A stretch of DNA of 64,000 nt from Candidatus Latescibacterota bacterium. Its GTDB lineage: Bacteria > Latescibacterota > UBA2968 > UBA8231. The translations under genes were made by a program, and so were the position numbers. The stretch is taken from NCBI GenBank assembly GCA_965217585.1, contig OZ244561.1, forward strand, positions 2,464,001 through 2,528,000, written 5' to 3'. The notes under the pieces were generated by a model. It saw only the letters and a list, made by a program, of their open reading frames with translations. It had not been told where the DNA came from and ran no database searches. Positions 1 through 9,454 of the stretch are shown one piece after another; positions within the stretch are counted from its first letter, which is position 1, and each line of letters opens with the position of its first letter.

Positions 1-135
1 TGGAAGCTGGGAGCCGCGAGGCTAGCAAGTCACCGATGCAGATCCTGCCCGACATCTACCTTCTCGACGGCTTCGCAGTTGGCGAGGCAACGCGACAATC
101 CGTTCTGGGGTTGGATCCGGAGGCAAAAGGAATAG

Positions 136-2148
136 TCAGTCCAAATACACCACGCTCAGCCCATAGACGATCAAACTCGGCACCTTGAAATCCACTCGTC
201 CGGCGCGTCTGTGGTGCGGCAAAACCACGGCCTCCTCTCGCTCCGGATAGAGCCATTCAACCCGCTCCACCCTTTGCCCATCCGGCACTGCCAGACTCAC
301 CTGCAGCGGCCCGACGGGCTGCGGCACCTCGATATCGCTGCTCTCATCCTGGCGATAGTTGACCCAGTGCAAGACCAGTGCCTCGATTCCGTCCGGTTGC
401 CAAGCCCGCACCCGCACGAACCACGGCGCGTCCGTCTCCAGCCACGCCGCCCCGAGCAAGTCCTTCAAGCCCTTGAGGAATTGCCGTCCCAACGCGTCCC
501 GCTGGGCCACCGGATAGACCAGCACCTCCTGCTCGGGGCGCAGCGCCACTTTTTCCGGCCCCCATGTCCGTTTGCCCAGGTACTGCACCCCTGCCGGCAC
601 CCCGCTCCGCCAGTCGGCCAACAAGCCCGCGGCATGCGGCGTCCCGTCCACATCCAAATCCCCGGTCGCACCGGCGAATACCACCTTGCCGCCACCGGCC
701 ACATAGCGCCGCAAAAAAGCACCCTCGGCCGCTGTCAGGCGCTCGATTCCAGGCAGCACCAGCGCGGCGTACCCATCGCCCTCGGCCACCAGTTGGGCCT
801 CCAAGATCATGTCGAACAACACGTGGCCATCCTCCATATAGCGCCCCAATTGCTTGAGCGGCTCCACGCAGTCCGCCTCCTGCTCCAGCTCGGCCCGGCG
901 CGGGTACACCAAGCCCACTTGCGACCAAGGACGGGCCGGATGGATCAATTCTTGGTGGTCGGCCAAAAAACGCTGATAGCGGCACACCGGTCCCATGTAA
1001 TCGTCCAAGGCGTAATCGCTATTGGCGTCCTGGCCCCAGTGAAAGGCCAGTGCCGCGCTGTGGTTGGCTCCCGCCTCGGCGATGGACAGGCGCAAACGGT
1101 GGCCGTCGTACTTGTTGAGCACCATGGGCTTGCCCCCGCTCATGGCGTACGCATAGCGCGCTGACAAGCCCGTATCGGCCAAGTGCCCCTGGGCCACATT
1201 GCTGAAGTTCTTGTTGCCACCCTGGCTGTACCAGATATAATCCTCGCCTCGGGCCCAATCCTCCTCCGGCAACAGGCAGCGCTCGTCCCAAGCCGACAGA
1301 TCGTATTTGTGGTACCACTGGGCCAGTAGCAAATCCGGCTTGAGGGCGCGGCCGTAGTCCACGAACAACTCGTCGAAGAATTCCTTGCGCCGCCGGTACA
1401 CCAACTGAGCCAGCAAGCGCTCGATCCGCTGGCGCAAATCCCGCGGTGCCGCAGCGCGCACGGCTAGGGGGGCGCTGTATTCGGCCGTGGCCGGCGGCCC
1501 GGCTGGGTCGAGCCCGCGCTGCAGTTCGTCGTCGCTGAATTCCCGGGCCAAATGCTCCATCAAATAGTGGCGGCAATGGGCGCACTGGCAGAATTGCTCG
1601 AAATTGTGGTGCGCGTTAAAGCCGTCCATGCCCAGTTCAATGGCCTTTTTGACCATGGGCTTCAACAGCGCCAGCCAATGGGGATTGCACATACACCCGC
1701 TATAAGTCCGGTACGGCCTACCCTCTATGGGCCAGCAGCGCAGTTCCCCGCCGACTGTGCGCTGCAGGGCCACGGCCACCTCATCGCAGGGGGGCGGTCC
1801 CAATAAATCCTCTGTCCAGATCCGCGCCCAATTGCCAAACAGCCCCTTGCCCGTCTCGTGATCGCCATAGATCCAGCCCAGGCTCAACTGCCCCACCACC
1901 TTGGCTCCAGCCTCCTGGACGCGCGGGATGAGATCGCCGGCTAGGGCCAAATTCTCCTCGATGCCAATGCAGGGCATGCCCGCCCAACTGCGCTCGACCT
2001 CCGCATCGTCGGCCAGGCCGTAGAACATGGGGCCGTACGTCCCCATCTGCACCAGTTGCACCCGACCCCGCCGCACGTGCTCGACCAGATCTAGCCGCTG
2101 CGGCACCGTCCAGTGCTCGGCCATCCTGTTAAACCAGAATTCCGCCAT
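136..2148 (-). CDS. Putative glycoside-hydrolase-like protein (TIM-barrel-like N-terminus, beta-galactosidase trimerisation / class I GATase-like C-terminus)
   Basis: 670 aa; GCMCNPHW and FCQCAHC Cys motifs; 'YAALVLPGIERLT..LRRYVAGGGKVVFAG' is typical of the trimerisation domain; starts 1 nt after the upstream PhyH stop. Confidence 0.55.
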   Translation of the reverse strand: MAEFWFNRMAEHWTVPQRLDLVEHVRRGRVQLVQMGTYGPMFYGLADDAEVERSWAGMPCIGIEENLALAGDLIPRVQEAGAKVVGQLSLGWIYGDHETGKGLFGNWARIWTEDLLGPPPCDEVAVALQRTVGGELRCWPIEGRPYRTYSGCMCNPHWLALLKPMVKKAIELGMDGFNAHHNFEQFCQCAHCRHYLMEHLAREFSDDELQRGLDPAGPPATAEYSAPLAVRAAAPRDLRQRIERLLAQLVYRRRKEFFDELFVDYGRALKPDLLLAQWYHKYDLSAWDERCLLPEEDWARGEDYIWYSQGGNKNFSNVAQGHLADTGLSARYAYAMSGGKPMVLNKYDGHRLRLSIAEAGANHSAALAFHWGQDANSDYALDDYMGPVCRYQRFLADHQELIHPARPWSQVGLVYPRRAELEQEADCVEPLKQLGRYMEDGHVLFDMILEAQLVAEGDGYAALVLPGIERLTAAEGAFLRRYVAGGGKVVFAGATGDLDVDGTPHAAGLLADWRSGVPAGVQYLGKRTWGPEKVALRPEQEVLVYPVAQRDALGRQFLKGLKDLLGAAWLETDAPWFVRVRAWQPDGIEALVLHWVNYRQDESSDIEVPQPVGPLQVSLAVPDGQRVERVEWLYPEREEAVVLPHHRRAGRVDFKVPSLIVYGLSVVYLD

Positions 2149-2149
2149 T

Positions 2150-2944
2150 CTATTTCCTCCTTGCCGTGTCCGGCTCCGGCAACTCAGCGGTAACCGGCTC
2201 GAACTGGCGCGCCACCACCCAATCGGGACGAGGATTCTCGACGCCGTTCGGCACGTTGTCGATGGCGGCGAAGGCGTAGATCAGACTGTAGCGCTGCGCG
2301 GGTGAGAAGTTGTGGTTCGAGCCGTGCACGATCCGGCAGTCGAAGAAACAGACGTCGCCAGCGTCGCCCTCGATCGGAATGATCATCGACTCATCGGTGA
2401 TGTGCTCGCGCAGCGCCTCCGGCGTGATGCACCACTGCTTGTAGCTGGTGGTGATCTCGTCGCTGTAGTGGTCCAGCACGCCCCAGCGATGTGAACCCTT
2501 CACCAGCGCGATGCAGCCGTTGTTGCGCGTGTTCGGACCCAACATGACCAGCGCGGAGGCCAACCGATCGTCGACGCCGTCATAGCGCCAGTAGCCGTAG
2601 TCCTGGTGCCAGAGCCACACGGTGCCCTCGAATGACTCCTTGTAGTTCAGCTTGCTGTGGAAGATATAGGCGTCGCTCCCGAAGATCTGCTTGATCGGCC
2701 CGGCGATCGGTGCAGAGCGGCACAGATCTCGGAACGGCTGCACATTGCGGTGCATGCAGAACACCGAGCGCACCGGACCGCTCTGCTCGCGCACCACGTG
2801 CACCTCCGGCGGGTTGTCGGCCTGCTCAGACATCATCTCGTCGGCCGCCGAGCGCAATCGCTCGATCTGATCCGGCGGGATCAGTCCGCGCTGTACCAGA
2901 AACCCCTGCTCGCGATAGGTGGTCAATTGTCTTTCGCTCCACAT
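2150..2944 (-). CDS. PhyH-family Fe(II)/2OG dioxygenase
   Basis: WHQD, GSH and VHGS..N...R motifs; AGGAGG RBS upstream. Confidence 0.9.
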   Translation of the reverse strand: MWSERQLTTYREQGFLVQRGLIPPDQIERLRSAADEMMSEQADNPPEVHVVREQSGPVRSVFCMHRNVQPFRDLCRSAPIAGPIKQIFGSDAYIFHSKLNYKESFEGTVWLWHQDYGYWRYDGVDDRLASALVMLGPNTRNNGCIALVKGSHRWGVLDHYSDEITTSYKQWCITPEALREHITDESMIIPIEGDAGDVCFFDCRIVHGSNHNFSPAQRYSLIYAFAAIDNVPNGVENPRPDWVVARQFEPVTAELPEPDTARRK

Positions 2945-2972
2945 GGGCGTTCAGCCTCCTTCAATGGTCGAT

Positions 2973-4052
2973 CTATACTCGGTAGCGCTCGACCGCGTCC
3001 AGGTCCAGGTCCGCGCCCAGGCCGGGTTTGTCCGGAATTATCACCTGGCCATTCTCTATCTTCAGGGGCTCCTGCAGCAGCTGGTGCTCGAGCAGCAAGA
3101 AGAGGGAGACGTGGGCAAGCGTGGCGTTGGGGATGGCCGCGGCCATGTGCAGCATGAAGAGCACGGAAATCCCCGTAGCTTCGGTGCCCAACTGCATCCA
3201 GAAAGGTTTGTTCCGGGCAGCGCAGATATGGGCGTTGCGCATGGTGTTGGCAACTCTGGCACCTAAAATGAAGTAGTCGTAGACGTCCGAATGCAGGGCA
3301 TCGATGGGTTCGGGGTTGCCCATGTGGTGCGCCAGGGGGTAACCCAGTTCCCGCTTGAGGGCCCGGTAGCCTTCGATATCGCCCTGGTGGATGGGGGATT
3401 CCAGGCAGTGGACTTGAGGATATATCTTCAACTCCCTGCCGACCGCGAGGGCGCGTTCGAGCGTGCCGAAGGTCTGGTTGGCATCGATGGTGAGCTCGTA
3501 GTCTTCCGGGGTTACTTCCGCTATCGCGGCTACCTGTTCCACCACGTCGGTGTGGGCGCGGCGCTTGAACTTGTGCACCTTGAAACCCATCTCCAGGGCG
3601 ATTTTCGCTTCTTGCTGCATCGTCTCGGGTGGAAAGCATTGCGACCAGTAGGCCAGAGGCGCACTCTCCCGGCTCGGGCCCAAGAGCCGGGCGATGGGCA
3701 GACCGAGAAACTGGCCCATGAGATCGTAGAAAGCCATCTGCAAGGGACCGGGGCTATCGTCCATGATGAACTCGAAAGGACTGCGGCCCACGTAGGTCTG
3801 AAGCTGATCGTCCGGAAGGGCCACACCTTCGCCCAGCCCGATCAGGCCTTCGTCGGTATGCACCCGGTAGAGGGAGTCCTGCACCGAGGGAGGCGACGAT
3901 TCCCTCCACTGCCGGTGAAGCTCGTCTTTCCTTTCCTCGAATTCCTCGTCCGTGGCGCGGTTGCCCAAGTTCCAGCCTTTTCTCAGGTGCTCGCGGACCC
4001 GCTCCTTGTAGGGCAGGTGCAAGGCGACGCGGTCTATCCTGGTGATTCTCAT
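2973..4052 (-). CDS. Mandelate racemase/muconate lactonising enzyme (enolase superfamily)
   Basis: MRITRID start, VHTDEGLIGLGE, YDLMG, KFK, IDANQ, LESP, PDKPGLGADLD. Confidence 0.88.
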   Translation of the reverse strand: MRITRIDRVALHLPYKERVREHLRKGWNLGNRATDEEFEERKDELHRQWRESSPPSVQDSLYRVHTDEGLIGLGEGVALPDDQLQTYVGRSPFEFIMDDSPGPLQMAFYDLMGQFLGLPIARLLGPSRESAPLAYWSQCFPPETMQQEAKIALEMGFKVHKFKRRAHTDVVEQVAAIAEVTPEDYELTIDANQTFGTLERALAVGRELKIYPQVHCLESPIHQGDIEGYRALKRELGYPLAHHMGNPEPIDALHSDVYDYFILGARVANTMRNAHICAARNKPFWMQLGTEATGISVLFMLHMAAAIPNATLAHVSLFLLLEHQLLQEPLKIENGQVIIPDKPGLGADLDLDAVERYRV

Positions 4053-4230
4053 GGCTCCTTCCTAGCGAAACTTACTTACCGCGCCAGCAGCATTCGTCGA
4101 GGTTGTTTTTTCAGGTGTTTTTGATTCCAACACGCTTTTTTCTATTTTCTTGAAATGTTAGTAAAATAGCTGGCGGTATCGGAAGTATAAACGGGCATTT
4201 GAATCTTGGCCAACCCCAATTGGGAGGAAC

Positions 4231-5892
4231 ATGCAATTGACCGGCGGTGAAGCAGTCGTCCGCACTCTGGAAGCACAGGGCGTAGACACAGTTTTCGGGA
4301 TGCCGGGCGTCCACAATCTGGCCATATACGACGCCCTTCGGGATTCGGGTATCCGGCACATCGTCGCGCGGCACGAACAGGGTGCCGCCTTCATGGCCGA
4401 TGGGTACGCCCGCGCCACCGGCCGCGTCGGCGTCTGCCTCTGCACTTCCGGTCCAGCCCTGCTCAACACCGCCACGCCGCTGGGCACCGCCTACTGCGAC
4501 TCCTCGCCGGTGTTGTGCATCGCCAGTCAGATACCATCCTACGCCATTGGCAAGGAGAAGGGGTACATCCACGAGTGCCGAGATCAATTGGGCTGCGTGC
4601 GGCCGGTGACCGCATGGAGTGAGCGAGCGAATGCAGTGGCGTCAATTCCCGCGGTGCTGAATGAGGCGTTTGCCCGCATGAGAAACGGCCGGCCCCGGCC
4701 GGTAGTGGTTGAGATCCCGTGCGACGTACTCGACGGGAGGGACAACGCGAAATTCCCCCCCGTGGATGCCACCCAGCCGGCGGCAGCCGACGGATCCGCA
4801 ACTCAGCGGGAACAGATCGAACGGGCCGTCCGACTGTTGCGCCAGGCCCGGCGGCCCATCATCTGGGCCGGCGGCGGGGTGACTATCAGCGGTGGCAGCG
4901 ACCAAGTGCGGCAGTTGGCCGAACTCCTCGGCGCGCCGGTCTTGACCACGGTCCAGGGCAAGGGTTCGATTCCGGAGGACCACCCGCTGGCCTTGGGGAG
5001 CACACCCGTGCACCCGGCCGTCGTCGACTACTTGGCCAGCTGCGACGTCATGCTGGCGGTGGGCACTCGATTCACCGAAGAGGATACGCTCGAGTTCAGC
5101 ATCCAGGTACCGCCGACGATGATTCACGTGGAGATCGACCCAGAGGAGGTCGGTCGGAATTACGCACCAACGCTGGGAGTGATCGGCGACGCCCGCCACG
5201 TGCTCGGGCAGATGCTGTTGCACCTAGCCGACGATTCGACCCGGTCCAGTGATCGCGCCGAGGAGGTTGCCACCTTGCGGCAACGGATTCTACGAGACTG
5301 CCGAGATTTGGCACCGGCCGGCGTTGAGTTGGTGGAGACGCTGCGGCTGGCACTGCCGCGTCAAACCGTGGTCGTCAGCGACCTGGCGATCGGTGCTTAC
5401 TGGTGCCGCCGCTTGTTCGACGTGTACGAACCCCGCTCCTTCATCTATCCGTGGGGCTTTTGCACCCTCGGATTCGGTCTCCCGGCGGGTATCGGTGCCA
5501 AAGCGGCACGACCGGATCGGCCGGTGGTCGTGCTCACCGGCGACGGCGGCTTCATGTTCAACTGCCAAGAGCTGGCAGTATCCGCTCAGTTCCAGCTTCC
5601 CGTGATTGTGGTGTTGTTCAACAACCGGGGTTTCGGGGTCATGAGACCGCAGCAACAGGTCCGATACGGACGCACCCTCGCCGTCGACTTGGTGAATCCC
5701 GATTTCGCTCTGCTGGCTCGGGCCTTCGGGTTTGCAGCGCGGAGGGTCTCCGAGATCCCCGAATTGGGTCCGGCGGTGGCCGCCGCGGTGGAATCGGAAA
5801 CGACATGCCTGATCGAGGTGACGGCCGACCTGCCCCTGCAGGTAATGGAGCCGGCTATGCGGCGCATACACCTAGCGCTTACAGCCAATTGA
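4231..5892 (+). CDS. Thiamine-diphosphate-dependent enzyme (acetolactate synthase large-subunit-like family)
   Basis: FGMPG, RHEQGAAFMADGYARATG, GDGG..(N)N ThDP motif; GGAGG RBS. Confidence 0.92.
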   Translation: MQLTGGEAVVRTLEAQGVDTVFGMPGVHNLAIYDALRDSGIRHIVARHEQGAAFMADGYARATGRVGVCLCTSGPALLNTATPLGTAYCDSSPVLCIASQIPSYAIGKEKGYIHECRDQLGCVRPVTAWSERANAVASIPAVLNEAFARMRNGRPRPVVVEIPCDVLDGRDNAKFPPVDATQPAAADGSATQREQIERAVRLLRQARRPIIWAGGGVTISGGSDQVRQLAELLGAPVLTTVQGKGSIPEDHPLALGSTPVHPAVVDYLASCDVMLAVGTRFTEEDTLEFSIQVPPTMIHVEIDPEEVGRNYAPTLGVIGDARHVLGQMLLHLADDSTRSSDRAEEVATLRQRILRDCRDLAPAGVELVETLRLALPRQTVVVSDLAIGAYWCRRLFDVYEPRSFIYPWGFCTLGFGLPAGIGAKAARPDRPVVVLTGDGGFMFNCQELAVSAQFQLPVIVVLFNNRGFGVMRPQQQVRYGRTLAVDLVNPDFALLARAFGFAARRVSEIPELGPAVAAAVESETTCLIEVTADLPLQVMEPAMRRIHLALTAN

Positions 5893-5934
5893 TTCTGGCT
5901 AGATCCCGTCAGATCAAGCGTTCAAAAGCTGGCC

Positions 5935-8193
5935 CTAACGGCTCCCGTCGGCACCGCGCAGCGCCTCGACGCGCCATGCGAACTCTTCCTTCAGATGGGA
6001 GTCGCTGCCCCCTCCCCGTTTGACGAACTGGATATAGCCGTCGCCATCGACGAACCAAGTCGTAGGCCAACCCTTGATGTCGGCCGTTTGCACATACCCG
6101 TCGTCCATTAATACGGTGAAATCGTATTCGTTCTCCGCCATGTACTTATCGACCTCGTCGCGCGACTTGTCGTTGCTGATGGAAATTACTTCCACTTCGG
6201 GATCCTCTAGATAGCGCGCGTGGAACTTCTGATACTCGGGTAGCTCTGCGACGCAGGGGCCACACCAGGTCCCCCAGAAGTGGATGACGCCGATCTTGCC
6301 ATCGAGCTCGGCGGAATCGACCTGCTCTCCGTCGAGCTTGGGGAGGGCGAACGGTTCGTAGGTGCGGGCCGTATCGAGCCGTGATTCCAAAATCCGTTGG
6401 CGTCTTTGGAGCCGTTCCCGCTCGTAAAACGCGGCGAGATACTCGTCGAGCCCTTCGCGCGAACCGTGCCGGCGCTCGTACAGCGCTTCTAGCGCCTCTT
6501 GGCTGGGATTTTTCCCCCAGCTTCTGGCCTCGAGGCCAGCGATGTAGGACTCCTCCGCCTTGTCGAGCCAGTTGCGGGCCGCCTCGGCTGCATCCTGAGC
6601 CTCGGTCTCTGTCCTCAAAACGATGGTCTTAGAATCCCGCCCTTGAAGAGCCGCCTCGGCCTCGGTCGCCATGTGCTCGAACACTTGGCCTAGGTGGTAG
6701 TGAGCACTGGTGTTGCTCTCCGAGAGCTCCAGCGCCTGCTCAAGCTCTTTGCGGCCTTCCTCGATGCGACCTGCTTTGTAGCTAGCCCATCCGATGGCGT
6801 CGTGGACGAGGCCCAAGTAGTAATTCAGGCTACCCTCTTCCCACTCCTCCTCTTCGGCTCTATCCATTATGGCTTGTATGCCGCCCCGAGCGAGTTCTGC
6901 CGCCTCCTCGGCGTATGGAGTGTGGTCGATCATCGAGATAAGGGCTATGGAGTACACTATGTGCGGATTGAGCCGCTCGTACTGGACCAATCCGCGAACC
7001 GCATCGGCGAGTTCCTCGGCCGGAATCGGGTTCATGGCGCTTAGGGTATAGAAGAGATCTAGGTACGCCCGCCCGCGGAAGCTATCGTGGTAGAGGGGTT
7101 TCTCTAAGAGCCGATAGACCGCGTCGCGGAAGAGGCGAAGCTGGTCTTGGTACTCCTGCGAGTCCTCGCCATGCTCGCGCTCAATGCGGTCAAGCTCGGA
7201 CTCTACGCGTTTGTATTCTTGCTGGTAAACCCACGACGCCTGTCTACTCTCGGGAGCCAGCGCTAGCACCTTCGCTTCGAACTCCGCCGCTTTCTCTTCG
7301 TCCTCTAGGAAGTAACTATAGACCGTGGCGAGCATGGTTAGGCCGTGTACAGCCTCCGGCACGGCCTTCTGGTACTCAGCGATGCCAGCCTCAATGGCGG
7401 GGCGTCGCTCCTCGGCGGGGAGCAGATCCGTCTCGTTGAGGATCTTCCAGTGCCAGTAGCGCACATCGGCGGAGCCCGGCGCGAGACGAACCGCCTCTTC
7501 GATCATAGAGAGCGCCTCCTGCGGCTTGCTGGACTCGTGCAGATATTCCGCGGCGCGACGGTAGCCGCTGACGTGGTCGGGCCAATGCTCGCGGAGCATG
7601 GCCAAGGTAGCGAGGCTGGTGTCCACATAGGCAGGATCCTCCCGCTCGTAACGTGCCCGGTACTCGAGTTCCGCGCGGGCATGGAGAACCTCGGGATGCT
7701 GAAGTGTCGCTGCATCCACTGAGTCCAGAAACGCCATCCCCTCTTCCGCGCTTAGATGCGTCTGAAGGTGCGTCGCGGCGAACTCCGGCCGGGGCAGCAG
7801 CTCCCAAGCGCGCAGGCTGGGCGCGACCGCCTCGGAATGCTTCCAGTCTGCCAGAAACGCGAGCGCCTGCGCATAGAACCCCCACGGGTTGTCCGGATCC
7901 CGTTCCAAGATCGCGTCGGCTTGCTCTTGGATCTCTCTGCGCCCGTAGATCTGCCCGTGCAACTGACGCGCGTAGAGCGCCCGCAACTCGGCGTCCTCAG
8001 GCGCGCGGTTTAACCATTCTTGGCCGAGTATGGCTCCCGCCTCGAACGACCACAGCCGATTGTGCTCGCGCAGCTCCGCTTTCGCCGCTTCCAGATCTTG
8101 GGGCGAGTAGCCCTGCTCGGTCCCGCAGCTAGCACAGACGACGAGAACGGCCAAGGAGCCAGAGATTAAACGGATTGGGAATTGATATGACAT
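5935..8193 (-). CDS. Probable lipoprotein with TPR repeats and C-terminal TlpA/ResA-like thioredoxin domain
   Basis: Hydrophobic N-terminus ending VVCASC; TPR-like helices (HDAIGWASYKAGRIEEG, AHYHLGQVF); FWGTWCGPC and GWPTTWFVD; ATG 8193 preferred over GTG 8235. Confidence 0.8.
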   Translation of the reverse strand: MSYQFPIRLISGSLAVLVVCASCGTEQGYSPQDLEAAKAELREHNRLWSFEAGAILGQEWLNRAPEDAELRALYARQLHGQIYGRREIQEQADAILERDPDNPWGFYAQALAFLADWKHSEAVAPSLRAWELLPRPEFAATHLQTHLSAEEGMAFLDSVDAATLQHPEVLHARAELEYRARYEREDPAYVDTSLATLAMLREHWPDHVSGYRRAAEYLHESSKPQEALSMIEEAVRLAPGSADVRYWHWKILNETDLLPAEERRPAIEAGIAEYQKAVPEAVHGLTMLATVYSYFLEDEEKAAEFEAKVLALAPESRQASWVYQQEYKRVESELDRIEREHGEDSQEYQDQLRLFRDAVYRLLEKPLYHDSFRGRAYLDLFYTLSAMNPIPAEELADAVRGLVQYERLNPHIVYSIALISMIDHTPYAEEAAELARGGIQAIMDRAEEEEWEEGSLNYYLGLVHDAIGWASYKAGRIEEGRKELEQALELSESNTSAHYHLGQVFEHMATEAEAALQGRDSKTIVLRTETEAQDAAEAARNWLDKAEESYIAGLEARSWGKNPSQEALEALYERRHGSREGLDEYLAAFYERERLQRRQRILESRLDTARTYEPFALPKLDGEQVDSAELDGKIGVIHFWGTWCGPCVAELPEYQKFHARYLEDPEVEVISISNDKSRDEVDKYMAENEYDFTVLMDDGYVQTADIKGWPTTWFVDGDGYIQFVKRGGGSDSHLKEEFAWRVEALRGADGSR

Positions 8194-8244
8194 AGGAACC
8201 CTCCCAGTGACGGAATTACCGATCCTCCCCTTCACAGACCATTT

Positions 8245-9339
8245 TCACGGTGCAGACCCCGTTTGCAAAAACGCATTTAAGGTATTCAAGTCCATGCCCT
8301 CAATGCCCAGTTCGCGCACACTCCGCCCCGTGGCCCACCCATCAGCCCCCATCACCACGGACCCGATATCCACCAACCCGCGCATCAAAGGCGCGTCCAC
8401 GCCGTATTGCGCGCCCACATCGTGCCAAGTTGAAAGACCGTATGGAATATCCTCGCTGAGCCAACGGCTCTCGAGCGACCCGGGAGCTTTGAGTTGCGTG
8501 AGCATTAGGCTGCCATTAATCGTTGCCCACAAATCCCCCCGAGGGCCAAAACCCGCGCGGTAAAACGCTTCATCGGCCGCTACGAGATCGTAACCTAAAG
8601 CTGTTGCGATGGCCCTCCGCTCTGCATCCACGGCCATGATCGTCTCTGCCACCGATGGGGATACCCCTTCTTCGTAGAAATAGAACTCACCGTGCGAATA
8701 TTCGATTCGTCCTGCGTTCATCAACACACCCGCAGGATGCACGACCGGATTCATCGCGGACAAACCACAGGCCATCACGGTGGGATAGGTCTGAATGCCC
8801 GGGAACAGCGACGACAGACGAGCGCGCACGCGATCTGTTTCTGTCGCTGGCAACCCCCCCAAGCCCAAGCCCGTCACGGCACCCCAAATCGTCGCGGTAT
8901 CCGGCGCTGTTTTCCGACACACATAAGGCGCGGTATCCACCTCCGCAAGCACGATGTCTGCTACTCCTTGGTCGCGCAATAGCGTCGCCCATTCCAATGT
9001 GCCCAATGTGCCCGGCATCAGCACGACCATGTGTTCGGGTCTGAGATGGGGGGCGCAGGCAATGGCAAATGGCTTGTGGGCATACGCCGGCACGATTAAC
9101 AGGATCAAGTCAGACGCATTCAGAGCCACTTCAATATCCGTGGTCGTGCAGTGAATTTTTGCGGCCCCCGCCTCTTCGACCCCCACCAAATGAATCACGC
9201 CTTGGTCGCGCACCGGATCGAGCGTGTGCCCAAATTCTGGCAATTCGCAAAGCGTAATATCAAAACCTTTCAGGGTCAGATTTGCAGCCGTGGCAAATGC
9301 CGTATTGCCGCCACCGAGAATGGTAATGTGTTCGGACAT
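8245..9339 (-). CDS. NAD/NADP-dependent opine (octopine/nopaline) dehydrogenase family
   Basis: ILGGGNTA Rossmann motif, NPVVHP, FYFYEEG, VDAERRAIA, RWLSEDIPYGL. Confidence 0.88.
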   Translation of the reverse strand: MSEHITILGGGNTAFATAANLTLKGFDITLCELPEFGHTLDPVRDQGVIHLVGVEEAGAAKIHCTTTDIEVALNASDLILLIVPAYAHKPFAIACAPHLRPEHMVVLMPGTLGTLEWATLLRDQGVADIVLAEVDTAPYVCRKTAPDTATIWGAVTGLGLGGLPATETDRVRARLSSLFPGIQTYPTVMACGLSAMNPVVHPAGVLMNAGRIEYSHGEFYFYEEGVSPSVAETIMAVDAERRAIATALGYDLVAADEAFYRAGFGPRGDLWATINGSLMLTQLKAPGSLESRWLSEDIPYGLSTWHDVGAQYGVDAPLMRGLVDIGSVVMGADGWATGRSVRELGIEGMDLNTLNAFLQTGSAP

Positions 9340-9454
9340 GGAAGTATCCTTTTTTCTTTTGCCTTAGACGACGTTCTCTGGCGACCGCCAGCAGGTTCCT
9401 GAGTCCATCGCCCTACGCATTATTTAGCACGGCTTTTGGCTTGTGATCGGGCGC

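Noticed and set aside
36-188. 50-codon plus-strand ORF MQILPDIYLLDGFA...
   Set aside because: May be another 5' gene relic, but it is short, overlaps the next gene's end and lies at the window edge.
2150-2944. Ectoine hydroxylase ectD
   Set aside because: Has WLWHQDYGYW rather than the EctD signature FxWHSDFETWH, and no ectABC genes are nearby.
9365-9415. Fluoride riboswitch (GGCGATGG start on the minus strand)
   Set aside because: The downstream conserved elements are missing and the gene context does not fit.
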